From NCBI GenBank assembly GCA_017646335.1, contig JAGCMT010000062.1, forward strand, positions 29,653 through 93,652: 64,000 bases of DNA. Direction: 5' to 3'. The DNA is from Burkholderiaceae bacterium (GTDB taxonomy: Bacteria > Pseudomonadota > Gammaproteobacteria > Burkholderiales > Burkholderiaceae_F). The notes beneath the pieces were generated by a model. It searched no databases and was not told the origin of the DNA. It worked only from the letters and a program-made list of their open reading frames with translations. Shown piece by piece: positions 20,714-30,562 of this stretch. Every line of letters starts with the position of its first letter. Position 1 is the first letter of the stretch. Made by a program: the position numbers and the translations under genes.

Positions 20714-21889
20714 ATGACGAAATACAATAATATGTTTCACGTCGGTGACCAAGCATGGCGTGACCGTGAAACACACAAACAACGTCGTGAATGGTTATGG
20801 CAAGGTGTTGTTGTCATTGCCGTCATTGCATTGTTGGCGTTGTTTGCCTATAACGTAACGACGAATTTGGAAGCTCGAAATATTCGTTCGGGTTTCGCAT
20901 TCTTGAGCGATCGGGCCAGTTTTGAAATCGGTGAGGCCCTGATCGACGTCTCCTCCAATGACGGATTCGGCTGGATGTTTTTGGCCGGGATGCTCAATAC
21001 GATTCGAGTGGCTGCGATTGCGATTTTGACTGCAACCTTTTTGGGGGTTGTGGTCGGTTTGATGCGCCTGTCTCGTCACCCGTTGATTCGCTTTTTGGGT
21101 GCTGCACACGTTGAGTTCTATCGCAATATTCCGTTGTTGATTCAATTGTTCGCCATTTACCTTGTTATCACGGAATTTTTGCCGGATATCTTTACGCCGC
21201 TTGAATTCGGTTCTTGGGCGTTTTTGTCTAAAGCCGGTTTTCAATTCGCCGTGCCTGAGGCCTTGGGTTGGGCTAATTTGTTCGCCGTTCTTTTGGGCGC
21301 TTTGGCCGCTTTCGTTATTCGTGCGCGCTTGCTTAAAAAAATCACCTCCTTGATGAGTAACGTGTTCGGCGGCTTGGGTGGCGTTGGTGTTGCGATTTTT
21401 ATTTGGTGCGCCTTTGGTGTTTTAGGGGGCTGGAGTAAGCCGGTTCTCGAGGGCTTTATGGTTGAAGGCGGTGCAAGTGCAACACCGGAGTTTTTGACGT
21501 TATGGTTGGGTTTGACCTTGTTTACGTCGGCATCGATTGCTGAAATCGTGCGTGCCGGTGTTTTGGCTGTGCCCCAAGGTCAATGGCGTGCGGCAGAAGC
21601 TTTAGGTATGACGCGTATGCAAGCGGTTAGCTATGTTGTGTTACCGCAATCGTTGCGTTTGGCCATTCCTCCGATGGCCAGTCAGTACATGAATTTGACG
21701 AAGAACTCGTCTCTGGCCGTCATCATTGGCTATCCCGATATTGTGAGCGTGGGAAATACTTCCATTGTGATTATGGGTCAGGCATTGGAAGCAATCTTGA
21801 TCATTATGTGCGTTTACTTGATGTTGAATTTGATCATTGCTGTCGTGATGAATCGACTGAATGCCCGCGTTGTGGCTGCGCCGAAGTAA
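20714..21889 (+). CDS. aapQ: Amino acid ABC permease (AapQ-like)
   Basis: SGFAFL, GMLNTIRV, EFYRNIPLL, AEIVRAG EAA-loop, NLTKNSSLA. Confidence 0.9.
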   Translation: MTKYNNMFHVGDQAWRDRETHKQRREWLWQGVVVIAVIALLALFAYNVTTNLEARNIRSGFAFLSDRASFEIGEALIDVSSNDGFGWMFLAGMLNTIRVAAIAILTATFLGVVVGLMRLSRHPLIRFLGAAHVEFYRNIPLLIQLFAIYLVITEFLPDIFTPLEFGSWAFLSKAGFQFAVPEALGWANLFAVLLGALAAFVIRARLLKKITSLMSNVFGGLGGVGVAIFIWCAFGVLGGWSKPVLEGFMVEGGASATPEFLTLWLGLTLFTSASIAEIVRAGVLAVPQGQWRAAEALGMTRMQAVSYVVLPQSLRLAIPPMASQYMNLTKNSSLAVIIGYPDIVSVGNTSIVIMGQALEAILIIMCVYLMLNLIIAVVMNRLNARVVAAPK

Positions 21890-21898
21890 GGAGTCGCC

Positions 21899-22969
21899 AT
21901 GATGAAAAAGAACAATGTGATGATTTCCCAATTGCGTAAGAATTATTTCTCGACACCGATGTCTTCCTTGATTTCCTTGGTAATCATCGGCGTGATCCTT
22001 TTTGTAACGCTCAAGATTTTCAATTGGGGTGTCGTGGAGTCCGTGGTTGCTCCGGATTTGGGCGCCTGTCGCGCAGCCGATGGTGCTTGTTGGGGCTTTG
22101 TTAGCGAGAAGTGGCGCCTGATTTTGTTCGGTCGCTACCCCTATGCGGAACACTGGCGTGCCGGTCTTGGTACGTTTGCTGTGGTTGCGATGTTGGTCAT
22201 TTCTGCCGTTCCGTATTTCTGGTCGAAGACGGGGGCCAAATTGTTGGCGGGCGGTTGGCTCGTGACGTTGGTTGCGTTCTTTGTTTTGATGTACGGCGGT
22301 GTTTTTGGTTTGACTGCGGTTGATACCGACGCTTGGGGCGGTTTGCCTTTGACGGTGATTTTGACGTTGATTGGTATGACTGCTTCCGTTCCGATCGGTA
22401 TTTTGTTGGCGTTGGGTCGACGTACCGAGATGTCGGCTTTGCGTGTTCTCAGTACGGGTTATATCGAATTGGTCCGCGGTGTTCCGTTGATTACGGTGCT
22501 TTTCGTTGCAACCTATATTTTCCCGTTAGTATTGCCTGCCGGTTGGAATATTGATGCGTTTTGGCGCATCGTCATCGGTATCGTTTTGTTCCAGGCTGCT
22601 TACATGGCAGAAACGGTTCGCGGTGGTTTGCAAACGATTCCGAAGGGTCAGTATGGTGCGGCTTATTCGCTGGGTATGAAAACGTGGCAAGTCTACGTTT
22701 ACGTGATTTTGCCCCAAGCGTTGGTTGCCGTGATTCCGGCTTTCGTTAACAGCTTGTTGTCAACGTTTATGGATACATCGTTGGTGACGGTGGTTTCTAT
22801 GTATGACTTAACGGGTTCTTTGCGTTTGGCATTGGGTGACCCGCAGTGGCGTCAATTCTTCATTGAAGGCTATGTTTTCATTGCCGCCATTTATTTCTTC
22901 TCGAGCCTTTTGATGTCGCGTTACAGCTTGTGGTTGGAACAGCGCATTACTGCCGGTAAGAGCCATTAA
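21899..22969 (+). CDS. aapM: Amino acid ABC permease (AapM-like)
   Basis: GACWGF, FGRYP..EHWR, WGGLPLT, YIELVRGVPLITVLF, AYMAETVRGGLQ. Confidence 0.9.
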   Translation: MMKKNNVMISQLRKNYFSTPMSSLISLVIIGVILFVTLKIFNWGVVESVVAPDLGACRAADGACWGFVSEKWRLILFGRYPYAEHWRAGLGTFAVVAMLVISAVPYFWSKTGAKLLAGGWLVTLVAFFVLMYGGVFGLTAVDTDAWGGLPLTVILTLIGMTASVPIGILLALGRRTEMSALRVLSTGYIELVRGVPLITVLFVATYIFPLVLPAGWNIDAFWRIVIGIVLFQAAYMAETVRGGLQTIPKGQYGAAYSLGMKTWQVYVYVILPQALVAVIPAFVNSLLSTFMDTSLVTVVSMYDLTGSLRLALGDPQWRQFFIEGYVFIAAIYFFSSLLMSRYSLWLEQRITAGKSH

Positions 22970-22984
22970 AGGGAAGTTAGAACA

Positions 22985-23476
22985 ATGATGAAGATTCATG
23001 AACATCTTGTTAAGGTTTGTTCCCCGTTGGACCCCTTAAGCAAGAGTATGACCCGCGCGCAATTGTGGCGTTTGCTTGAGTGGTTCGTTCGTCATCCGCA
23101 TGACTTTACTGAAGCCATGCAAGGCTCTCATGTTGAAGAGGCGTTCGATGATCAAGGCCGACCGGTTTTAAAGCGAGTGCTCGATTTCGGTTCGATGAAG
23201 GTGAACGACACGGTTACGATCGATGTCGGTCAATGTATTCGTACTGAAGTTGCTTCTAGTGAGCATTGGTCTGCCGGAGCTTTTACCATTACGGTTGTTC
23301 AGCCCAAAGAAAATGGCGCAGTCTTTTTGAAATTCACCTATGAAGAGGATCGTGATGAACCCATGGGTGACGACATGATCTCCAATCTGCGTCGAAAAGC
23401 GTATGAGCAAAAAGACCGTGATATGGTTGATATGATTTTGCAAAAAGCTCAGGAAGAAGCAAATTCTGTGAATTAA
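22985..23476 (+). CDS. AtaL-like / DUF1857 START-fold protein
   Basis: EHLVKV...MTRAQLW..L, RVLDFG, VFLKFTYE, AYEQKD.D pattern. Confidence 0.65.
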   Translation: MMKIHEHLVKVCSPLDPLSKSMTRAQLWRLLEWFVRHPHDFTEAMQGSHVEEAFDDQGRPVLKRVLDFGSMKVNDTVTIDVGQCIRTEVASSEHWSAGAFTITVVQPKENGAVFLKFTYEEDRDEPMGDDMISNLRRKAYEQKDRDMVDMILQKAQEEANSVN

Positions 23477-23495
23477 CCCATTGATTTGTAAGAGT

Positions 23496-23535
23496 ATGGT
23501 GCTCGATGTTGTAAACATCGGGCACTATTTTTCTG
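23496..23535 (+). terminator. Intrinsic terminator after aap-DUF1857 operon
   Basis: GGTGCTCGATGTT-GTA-AACATCGGGCACT followed by a T-run. Confidence 0.75.
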
Positions 23536-23553
23536 GATTGAAAGTGAGAAAAA

Positions 23554-25839
23554 ATGAGTGAATTGACTCCGCAAGCAGAACAGCGAATCGTCGTTGCGAT
23601 CGCTGATGAGATTCATGCTCAAACCAAACAAGTGTATGCCGCCATCGAATTGTTGGATGAGGGAGCAACGGTTCCTTTTATTGCTCGTTATCGCAAGGAA
23701 GTAACCGGAGGACTTGATGATACGCAGTTGCGTCAATTGCAGGAACGTTTGGTTTATTTGCGAGAGATGGAGGAGCGTCGTAGCGCGGTGATCGACAGTA
23801 TTCGTGCTCAAGGCAAGCTCACGGATGATTTGCTCGAAGCGCTCAATGCCGCACAAACCAAGCAACGAATTGAAGACCTTTATTTGCCGTACAAGCCCAA
23901 GCGTCGTACCCGAGCACAAATCGCCAAGGAGGCGGGGCTTGAGCCTTTGGCTGATGCCTTGTTGGCCGATCCGATGTTGGATCCTCAGGTCCTGGCATCT
24001 CAATATCTCAATGCTGAGAAAGGCATTGTTACGGAACGTGATGCACTGAACGGTGCACGAGACATTTTGTCCGAACGTTTTAGCGAAGATGCGCAATTGT
24101 TGGATGCTTTGCGAAATTTCATCGGTAAACGCGGCATGGTTGTTTCGCGTGTTGTAGAGGGGCAAGAAGTCACGGGCGTTAAGTTCAAAGATTACTTCGA
24201 GTACGAAGAATCGTTATCTGCCGTCCCCTCTCATCGAGCTTTGGCTCTTTTTCGAGGTCGCCAAGAGGGGGTTTTGTCTATTAAGGTAGCACTGTCGGAA
24301 CAGGAAGAGGCATTGATTCCGCATCCTTGTCAACGAATCGTTGCCGATCACGTCGGTATTCGCGATTTGGGACGTGCTGCCGATCGTTGGTTGATGGATG
24401 TTTGTCGTTGGACTTGGCGTGTCAAAGTCAGTTTGAATTTAGAAAGTGAGCTGTTTCAGTTGCTTCGTGAACGCGCGGAGGAAGAAGCGATTCGCGTTTT
24501 TGGGATTAATTTGAAGGATCTCTTGTTGGCAGCGCCAGCCGGTCCGAAGGGTGTGATCGGTTTGGATCCTGGCTTGCGTACGGGTGTGAAGGTGGCCGTG
24601 ATTTCTGCAACGGGAAGTGTTTTGGAAACGGGGGTCATTTATCCTCATGAACCGCGTTGTGATTGGGATCGTTCCATTGAAATTTTGGCGGCGTTGGCCA
24701 AGCGTCACAATTCGCAATTGATCAGTATCGGTAATGGCACGGCAAGTCGTGAGACGGACAAGTTAGCAGCCGATTTGTTGCATCGCTATCCTCATTTGAA
24801 TTTGACGAAGGTGGTTGTTAGCGAGGCCGGTGCGAGTGTTTATTCGGCAAGTGAATTAGCGGCAAAAGAATTTCCGGACATGGATGTGAGCTACCGCGGA
24901 GCGGTATCGATCGCTCGACGCTTGCAAGATCCTTTAGCCGAGTTGGTCAAGATTGATCCTAAGTCAATCGGTGTCGGACAATATCAACACGATGTCAACC
25001 AAATCCATTTGGCCAACAAGTTAGAAGCCGTTGTGGAAGATTGTGTTAACGCCGTCGGTGTCGATTTGAATACGGCAAGCGCTCCGCTGCTGGCTCGTGT
25101 TTCCGGTTTGACCAAAACGGTAGCTCAGTCCATTGTGAACTTCCGAGATTTAAAGGGCGCATTTGCAACACGCCAGGCTCTTTTGGAAGTTCCTCGCCTA
25201 GGAGCTAAAACCTTTGAGCAAGCGGCCGGATTTTTGCGTATTCCGAATGGGGAAAATCCTTTGGATGCTTCGGCTGTGCACCCGGAAGCCTACCCGGTGG
25301 TCGAGCGTATCGTGAAGAAGACCGGTTTAAGCATTAAACAGTTGATGGGAAATCACGATGTTCTTGCACGTTTGGTGCCGAGTGACTTTGTCGATGACAA
25401 GTTCGGTGTGCCGACGGTTCGAGATATTCTGAATGAATTGGAAAAGCCTGGTCGCGATCCTCGCCCTGAATTCAAAATGGCAACTTTCCGCGAAGGGGTG
25501 GAGCGTATTGAAGACTTGCGTGTTGATATGGAACTCGAGGGCGTTGTGACGAATGTGGCGGCATTCGGGGCCTTTGTCGATGTTGGTGTTCACCAAGACG
25601 GTCTCGTTCATGTCTCTGCCTTGTCGGATCAGTTCGTGAAGGATCCGCGCGAGGTGGTGAAAGTCGGTCAGATTGTGAAGGTTCGAGTGTTGGAAGTCGA
25701 TGTTGCTCGTCAGCGTATTTCGTTGTCGATGAAACAAGGGAAGTCGCAAAAGACAGCCGTCGAAACCCGCTCTCGCAAGAAAGAAGTTACGACGTCAATG
25801 GGAGCGATGGCACAAGCTTTTGCGAAGTGGCGCCGTTAA
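23554..25839 (+). CDS. tex: Tex transcription accessory protein (YqgF, HhH, S1)
   Basis: [46 protein letters not shown]1 [16 protein letters not shown]. Confidence 0.96.
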   Translation: MSELTPQAEQRIVVAIADEIHAQTKQVYAAIELLDEGATVPFIARYRKEVTGGLDDTQLRQLQERLVYLREMEERRSAVIDSIRAQGKLTDDLLEALNAAQTKQRIEDLYLPYKPKRRTRAQIAKEAGLEPLADALLADPMLDPQVLASQYLNAEKGIVTERDALNGARDILSERFSEDAQLLDALRNFIGKRGMVVSRVVEGQEVTGVKFKDYFEYEESLSAVPSHRALALFRGRQEGVLSIKVALSEQEEALIPHPCQRIVADHVGIRDLGRAADRWLMDVCRWTWRVKVSLNLESELFQLLRERAEEEAIRVFGINLKDLLLAAPAGPKGVIGLDPGLRTGVKVAVISATGSVLETGVIYPHEPRCDWDRSIEILAALAKRHNSQLISIGNGTASRETDKLAADLLHRYPHLNLTKVVVSEAGASVYSASELAAKEFPDMDVSYRGAVSIARRLQDPLAELVKIDPKSIGVGQYQHDVNQIHLANKLEAVVEDCVNAVGVDLNTASAPLLARVSGLTKTVAQSIVNFRDLKGAFATRQALLEVPRLGAKTFEQAAGFLRIPNGENPLDASAVHPEAYPVVERIVKKTGLSIKQLMGNHDVLARLVPSDFVDDKFGVPTVRDILNELEKPGRDPRPEFKMATFREGVERIEDLRVDMELEGVVTNVAAFGAFVDVGVHQDGLVHVSALSDQFVKDPREVVKVGQIVKVRVLEVDVARQRISLSMKQGKSQKTAVETRSRKKEVTTSMGAMAQAFAKWRR

Positions 25840-26014
25840 GTTAGGACAAATCTTTGTTTCTTATCATTGGTAAGAAAATAAAAGGGAATTTGGTGCACTT
25901 TTCCTTTTAAAATGAATGGACTTTGCCATTGTCTAATGGTTAGTAGGGGTGTTGCTTTTAGAAAATGCCCCCTACAATGAAATGGTTATTAATCTTTGTA
26001 TTAAGGAGACTCCC

Positions 26015-27301
26015 ATGGCTGATAATCCCGTAAATGCAAAGCCGGTTGAATTGCCGCCGGTTTTGGATCATGTCCAAGCTGCTGTTGATACGTTGATGGC
26101 TCAAGAAGTCGTTGCTGGCGCTCTCGAAGCAATCAAGCGCGATGACGAAAAGACGTTGGCAGACCAAATCGCTTTGACGGAAGTGGAAGCTCCTCCGTTC
26201 CACGAAGAAGAACGTGCAAAGGAATTTGCCCGTCGTTTGGAAGAGTTTGGTTTGACGGCAACGATCGACCCGGAAGGCAATGTGTTGGCACGTCGCAGTG
26301 GCACGGGTAATGGCCCGACGTTGGTGTTGGCTGCTCACTTGGACTCTGTGTTCCCGGCCGGCACCGATGTGAAGGTTCGCAAGGAAGGTAATCGTTATTT
26401 CGCACCGGGTATCTCTGACGATACGCGTGGTTTGGCTGCTCTCCTTCAAGTGCTCCGCACGCTCGAAGAAAAGCAAATTCAAACGGTTGGCGACATTTTG
26501 TTCGTCGGTAGCGTCGGTGAAGAAGGTAACGGTGACTTGCGTGGTTCCAAGTACTTGTTCAACAAGAGCGGTATCGCTATTGACGGTTTCATCTCCGTTG
26601 ACGGTGTGAACGTGAATCGCGTCTTGCGCGGTGCTACGGGTTCTAAGCGCTATCGTGTCCACATGGACGGCCCTGGCGGTCACTCTTGGAATGCTTTCGG
26701 TTTGCCGAGCGCAATCCATGCAATGGGTCGTGCAATCGCTAAGGTTGGTGATGTTCAAACGAAGGCTGATCCGAAGACGACCTTTACCTGCGGTACGATC
26801 AAGGGCGGTACGACGGTGAACTCCATCGCCGGTCATTGCGAAATGGAATTGGATATGCGTAGCGCCGGTGCCAACGAGTTGGATGAATTGGAAGCCGTGA
26901 TGCTCCCGTTGTTCGCTGAAGCCGTTAAGGAAGAAAACGAACGTTGGGGTTACACGGAAGAAGATGGCATCAAGTTGACGTTGGAACCGATCGGTCATCG
27001 TCCGGGTGGTATGCAAGACGACTCCGTGAGCGTTCTTCAAGCTGCTCGCGGCGCAATGGGCGCTTTGGATATCCCGCTCTACGGTTATGCTTTTGCCTCT
27101 ACGGACCATAACGTGGCCGTTAACAAGGGCGTTCCGGCAACGACGCTTGGCGGTGGCGGTAAGGAAGGCTTCAACCATAACGTCAAGGAATGGTATGAAC
27201 CGGTTGACGCTTACCAAGGTCCGCAATTGGCCTTCTTGACCAGCTTGGTTTTGGTCGGTGTGGCCGGTGTGACGGAACCGATTCTTGAAAGGCGCGCCTA
27301 A
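26015..27301 (+). CDS. M20/M25/M40 family metallo-amidohydrolase/peptidase
   Basis: AAHLDSVF, GISDD, GEEG, GPGGHS, GGTTVNSI, STDHN; AAGGAG ribosome-binding site before ATG 26015. Confidence 0.88.
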   Translation: MADNPVNAKPVELPPVLDHVQAAVDTLMAQEVVAGALEAIKRDDEKTLADQIALTEVEAPPFHEEERAKEFARRLEEFGLTATIDPEGNVLARRSGTGNGPTLVLAAHLDSVFPAGTDVKVRKEGNRYFAPGISDDTRGLAALLQVLRTLEEKQIQTVGDILFVGSVGEEGNGDLRGSKYLFNKSGIAIDGFISVDGVNVNRVLRGATGSKRYRVHMDGPGGHSWNAFGLPSAIHAMGRAIAKVGDVQTKADPKTTFTCGTIKGGTTVNSIAGHCEMELDMRSAGANELDELEAVMLPLFAEAVKEENERWGYTEEDGIKLTLEPIGHRPGGMQDDSVSVLQAARGAMGALDIPLYGYAFASTDHNVAVNKGVPATTLGGGGKEGFNHNVKEWYEPVDAYQGPQLAFLTSLVLVGVAGVTEPILERRA

Positions 27302-27321
27302 TCGCTTTGCATTGAAATAGC

Positions 27322-27355
27322 AAAACCGGAGTACGGGAAACCGACTCCGGTTTTT
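27322..27355 (+). terminator. Intrinsic terminator
   Basis: AAAACCGGAGT...ACTCCGGTTTTT. Confidence 0.75.
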
Positions 27356-27428
27356 CATTCGGTAAAGATACGGTACAATACCGTTTTTCTTTTACATACA
27401 AGCCTTTAGAACATACTGTTTTTTATTT

Positions 27429-29036
27429 ATGGCGAAGATTGATCCCCAATTGGCAAAAGACGTCAAGAAACGTCGTACTTTTGCCATTATTGCTCACCCT
27501 GACGCCGGTAAAACGACGCTCACGGAAAAGTTATTGTTATTCGGAGGTGCCATTCAGATGGCAGGTGCCGTGAAGGGTCGTAAGGCGGCTCGTCACGCAA
27601 CGAGTGACTGGATGGAAGTGGAACAACAACGCGGCATCTCGGTGACGAGTTCCGTGATGCAGTTCGAATATGACAATCACGTGATCAACTTGCTCGATAC
27701 CCCGGGCCACGAAGACTTCTCTGAAGATACTTATCGTGTGTTGACGGCTGTGGACGCAGCCGTGATGGTGATCGACGCTGCAAAGGGTGTGGAAGCGCAA
27801 ACGATCAAGCTCTTGGAAGTTTGTCGTTTACGTAATACGCCGATTATTACCTTTATCAACAAGCTTGACCGTGAAGTTCGAGATCCGATCGATTTGATCA
27901 GCGAAATCGAGGAAATCCTCAAGCTTGAATGCGTGCCGATTACTTGGCCGATTGGTATGGGTAAGACCTTCCGCGGTGTGTTCTCCTTGGAAAAGGATCA
28001 ATTGGTTCGCTTTACGCCGGGTGAAGCTCGTGTTAGCGAAGATGCCGAATTGATTCAAGGTTTGGATAATCCGCGCTTGGACGAACTTTTCCCGTTGGAA
28101 ATGGGTTTTGTTCGTGAAAGCATTGAATTGATGCAAGGCGTTTCCAACCCGTTCGATATCGAGAAATTCTTGGCCGGCGAACAAAGCCCGGTCTTCTTCG
28201 GTTCCGGTGTGAATAACTTCGGTGTGAAGGATGTTCTCGAAGCGTTGGTGAAGTGGGCTCCGGATCCGTTGCCGCGAGACGGTGGTGCTCGTCAAGTTGA
28301 ACCGACCGAACAACCGTTTACGGGTTTCGTGTTTAAGATTCAGGCCAATATGGACCCGAAACATCGTGACCGTATTGCCTTCTTCCGCGTTTGTTCCGGC
28401 CGTTATACCCAAGGTATGAAGGTCCGTCATTTGCGTGAAAATCGCGATATGAAAATTCCGAATGCGTTGACCTTTATGGCGAATGATCGTGTGTCGATGA
28501 CGGATGCCGTAGCCGGCGATATCATCGGTATTTATAACCATGGTCAATTGCACATTGGTGATACGTTGACTGAAGGTGAAAACCTTGGTTTTACGGGTAT
28601 CCCGTACTTTGCTCCGGAATTGTTCCGTGCGGCTCGAGCGAAGGACCCGTTTAAGGCCAAGCAATTGCAAAAGGGTCTGAAAGAACTCGGTGAAGAAGGC
28701 GCTATTCAAGTCTTTGAAGGCGAGTTTGGCAATCTCCTTTTGGGTGCTGTCGGTTTCTTGCAGTTTGAAATTGTGGCCCAACGTTTGGCAACGGAATACA
28801 AGGTTGATGCCATTTATGAAAATACGGATGTGTCGACCGCCCGTTGGCTTTCGTTCCCCAATGAGGACGTAAAGAAGCGCTTCACGGATGAACAAGCAAC
28901 GCGATTGGCTCATGACGCCGATGGTAATTTGGTGTACTTGGCTACGTCGATCTACAACTTGCAGACGACTCAAAAGCATTGGCCTGACGTTGAGTTCCAC
29001 ACGACGCGTGAAAAGAACCAAACCTTTGGGGAATAA
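27429..29036 (+). CDS. prfC: Peptide chain release factor 3
   Basis: RRTFAIIAHPDAGKTT, DTPGHEDFSEDT, NKLD, FKIQANMDPKHRDR. Confidence 0.98.
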   Translation: MAKIDPQLAKDVKKRRTFAIIAHPDAGKTTLTEKLLLFGGAIQMAGAVKGRKAARHATSDWMEVEQQRGISVTSSVMQFEYDNHVINLLDTPGHEDFSEDTYRVLTAVDAAVMVIDAAKGVEAQTIKLLEVCRLRNTPIITFINKLDREVRDPIDLISEIEEILKLECVPITWPIGMGKTFRGVFSLEKDQLVRFTPGEARVSEDAELIQGLDNPRLDELFPLEMGFVRESIELMQGVSNPFDIEKFLAGEQSPVFFGSGVNNFGVKDVLEALVKWAPDPLPRDGGARQVEPTEQPFTGFVFKIQANMDPKHRDRIAFFRVCSGRYTQGMKVRHLRENRDMKIPNALTFMANDRVSMTDAVAGDIIGIYNHGQLHIGDTLTEGENLGFTGIPYFAPELFRAARAKDPFKAKQLQKGLKELGEEGAIQVFEGEFGNLLLGAVGFLQFEIVAQRLATEYKVDAIYENTDVSTARWLSFPNEDVKKRFTDEQATRLAHDADGNLVYLATSIYNLQTTQKHWPDVEFHTTREKNQTFGE

Positions 29037-29077
29037 ACCGAAACGAGGGATGCCTGCCATTGGTCAGGCAATCCTGC

Positions 29078-29112
29078 TAACGGCTGACGAAAGTCAGCCG
29101 TTTCCTTTTTTT
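29078..29112 (+). terminator. Intrinsic terminator after prfC
   Basis: AACGGCTGAC-GAAA-GTCAGCCGTT then TCCTTTTTTT. Confidence 0.85.
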
Positions 29113-29281
29113 ATGCTGTGTTAGAGGGGCAGAGACGGATTTCTATCGACGTTTTTGTCACAGTATGAGAAAATGTGAACTTGTCTAATCTCTCGTACGA
29201 AAAGTGTTTTTCGGTGAGAGGTTTGGTGTTTTCTAAATTTTTAGGCTGTGTCTAGATTTTGGCCTAAAGTGATAATAGATA

Positions 29282-30493
29282 ATGATGGAAAATAAATTTG
29301 TCCGTGCAGCGATTCCGGCTCTTTTTATTCATATGTGTATCGGTAGTGTTTACTGCTGGTCGCTTTTGAAGGGTCAGATTGCTGTAGACATGGGGGTGGG
29401 TGTACCTCAAATTGAAATGGCTTTTTCCTTGGCTATCTTCTTTTTGGGGATGTCGGCGGCCTTTGGTGGTCGTTTGGTTGAAAAGAACGTCAACTTTACC
29501 TCCTTCCTTTCGATGGTCTGCTTTGTGTCGGGCTTGTGCTTGGCTAGTTATGCAGTCACGATTCAGTCGCTTCCGTTGTTGTTCGCCTCTTACGGTGCCT
29601 TGATGGGCGTTGGTTTGGGTATCGGTTATTTGTCCCCGGTAAAGACTTTGATGCTGTGGTTCAAAGACAGTCCAGGTTTGGCAACGGGGATTGCCATTTC
29701 CGGTTTCGGTCTTTCCAAAGTTATCTTTTCGCCGATTATCGAGGGTTTGTTAAGCGTTTACGATTCCAGCACGACGCTTTTAATTATGGCCGGCATCAGC
29801 GTTTTGCCGATGACGTTGGCTGCTATCTTGATTCGAAAGCCGAAGCATTGGATTGAGGCAACGCACAAGTTCTGTATCAAAGAAGCTTTCCGCATCGTTT
29901 TCAATCCGGATTACATCAAAATTTGGTTGATGTTCTTTATCAACATCACCTGTGGTTTGGCTTTGATTGCATTCGAAAAGCCGATTGGACTTTATGTCGG
30001 TTTTTCTTCCATCGCTTTGTTGTCGTCTTTGACGGCCGTGTTCAATACGGCGGGCCGTTTCTGTTACGCAACCGGTTCCGACTTTTTGACTCGTAAGGCA
30101 TTTATTTACGGCATTATTTTCTTGACGAGCTTGGCTTGTTGCTTTGCTTCTTATGCTTTGATGTTGCCGATGGTCATTGTTGTGGCCTTGATGGTCGTTA
30201 ACGCCGGCTATGGTGGTGGTTTCAGTACGCTTCCGATCATTTTGAAAGAAACGTTCGGGATGGAAAAAATTTCCATGATCCATGGCTTTGCCTTGTCTGC
30301 TTGGGCGTGGGCCGGTTTAAGCGGTAATCAATTGAGCTCTTACCTTATCAACATTAAGGGTTATGGCTACGAAGTCCTCTTTGGTGTTTTGGGTGTTTTG
30401 TATGCCATTTCGTTTGTGATTTCTTTGAGCTTGATGCGTAGTCACCATAAAATGCGAGCCAAGCAAATGGTTCACGAACTCAAAGTTCGCTAA
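29282..30493 (+). CDS. MFS transporter, oxalate/formate antiporter (OFA/OxlT)-like family
   Basis: HMCIGSVYCWS, FSLAIFFLG, GLGIGYLSPVKTLMLWF..PGLATG.AISGFG, FNTAGR, GYGGGFSTLP, AWAWAG. Confidence 0.82.
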   Translation: MMENKFVRAAIPALFIHMCIGSVYCWSLLKGQIAVDMGVGVPQIEMAFSLAIFFLGMSAAFGGRLVEKNVNFTSFLSMVCFVSGLCLASYAVTIQSLPLLFASYGALMGVGLGIGYLSPVKTLMLWFKDSPGLATGIAISGFGLSKVIFSPIIEGLLSVYDSSTTLLIMAGISVLPMTLAAILIRKPKHWIEATHKFCIKEAFRIVFNPDYIKIWLMFFINITCGLALIAFEKPIGLYVGFSSIALLSSLTAVFNTAGRFCYATGSDFLTRKAFIYGIIFLTSLACCFASYALMLPMVIVVALMVVNAGYGGGFSTLPIILKETFGMEKISMIHGFALSAWAWAGLSGNQLSSYLINIKGYGYEVLFGVLGVLYAISFVISLSLMRSHHKMRAKQMVHELKVR

Positions 30494-30512
30494 AACATCG
30501 TTTACTTACGAG

Positions 30513-30542
30513 AAAAGCTCCTTCGTTTGAAGGAGCTTTTTT
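30513..30542. terminator. Bidirectional terminator between MFS gene and hydE
   Basis: AAAAGCTCCTTC-GTTT-GAAGGAGCTTTTTT. Confidence 0.85.
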
Positions 30543-30562
30543 GTGGCCCGAACAAAATTTCA

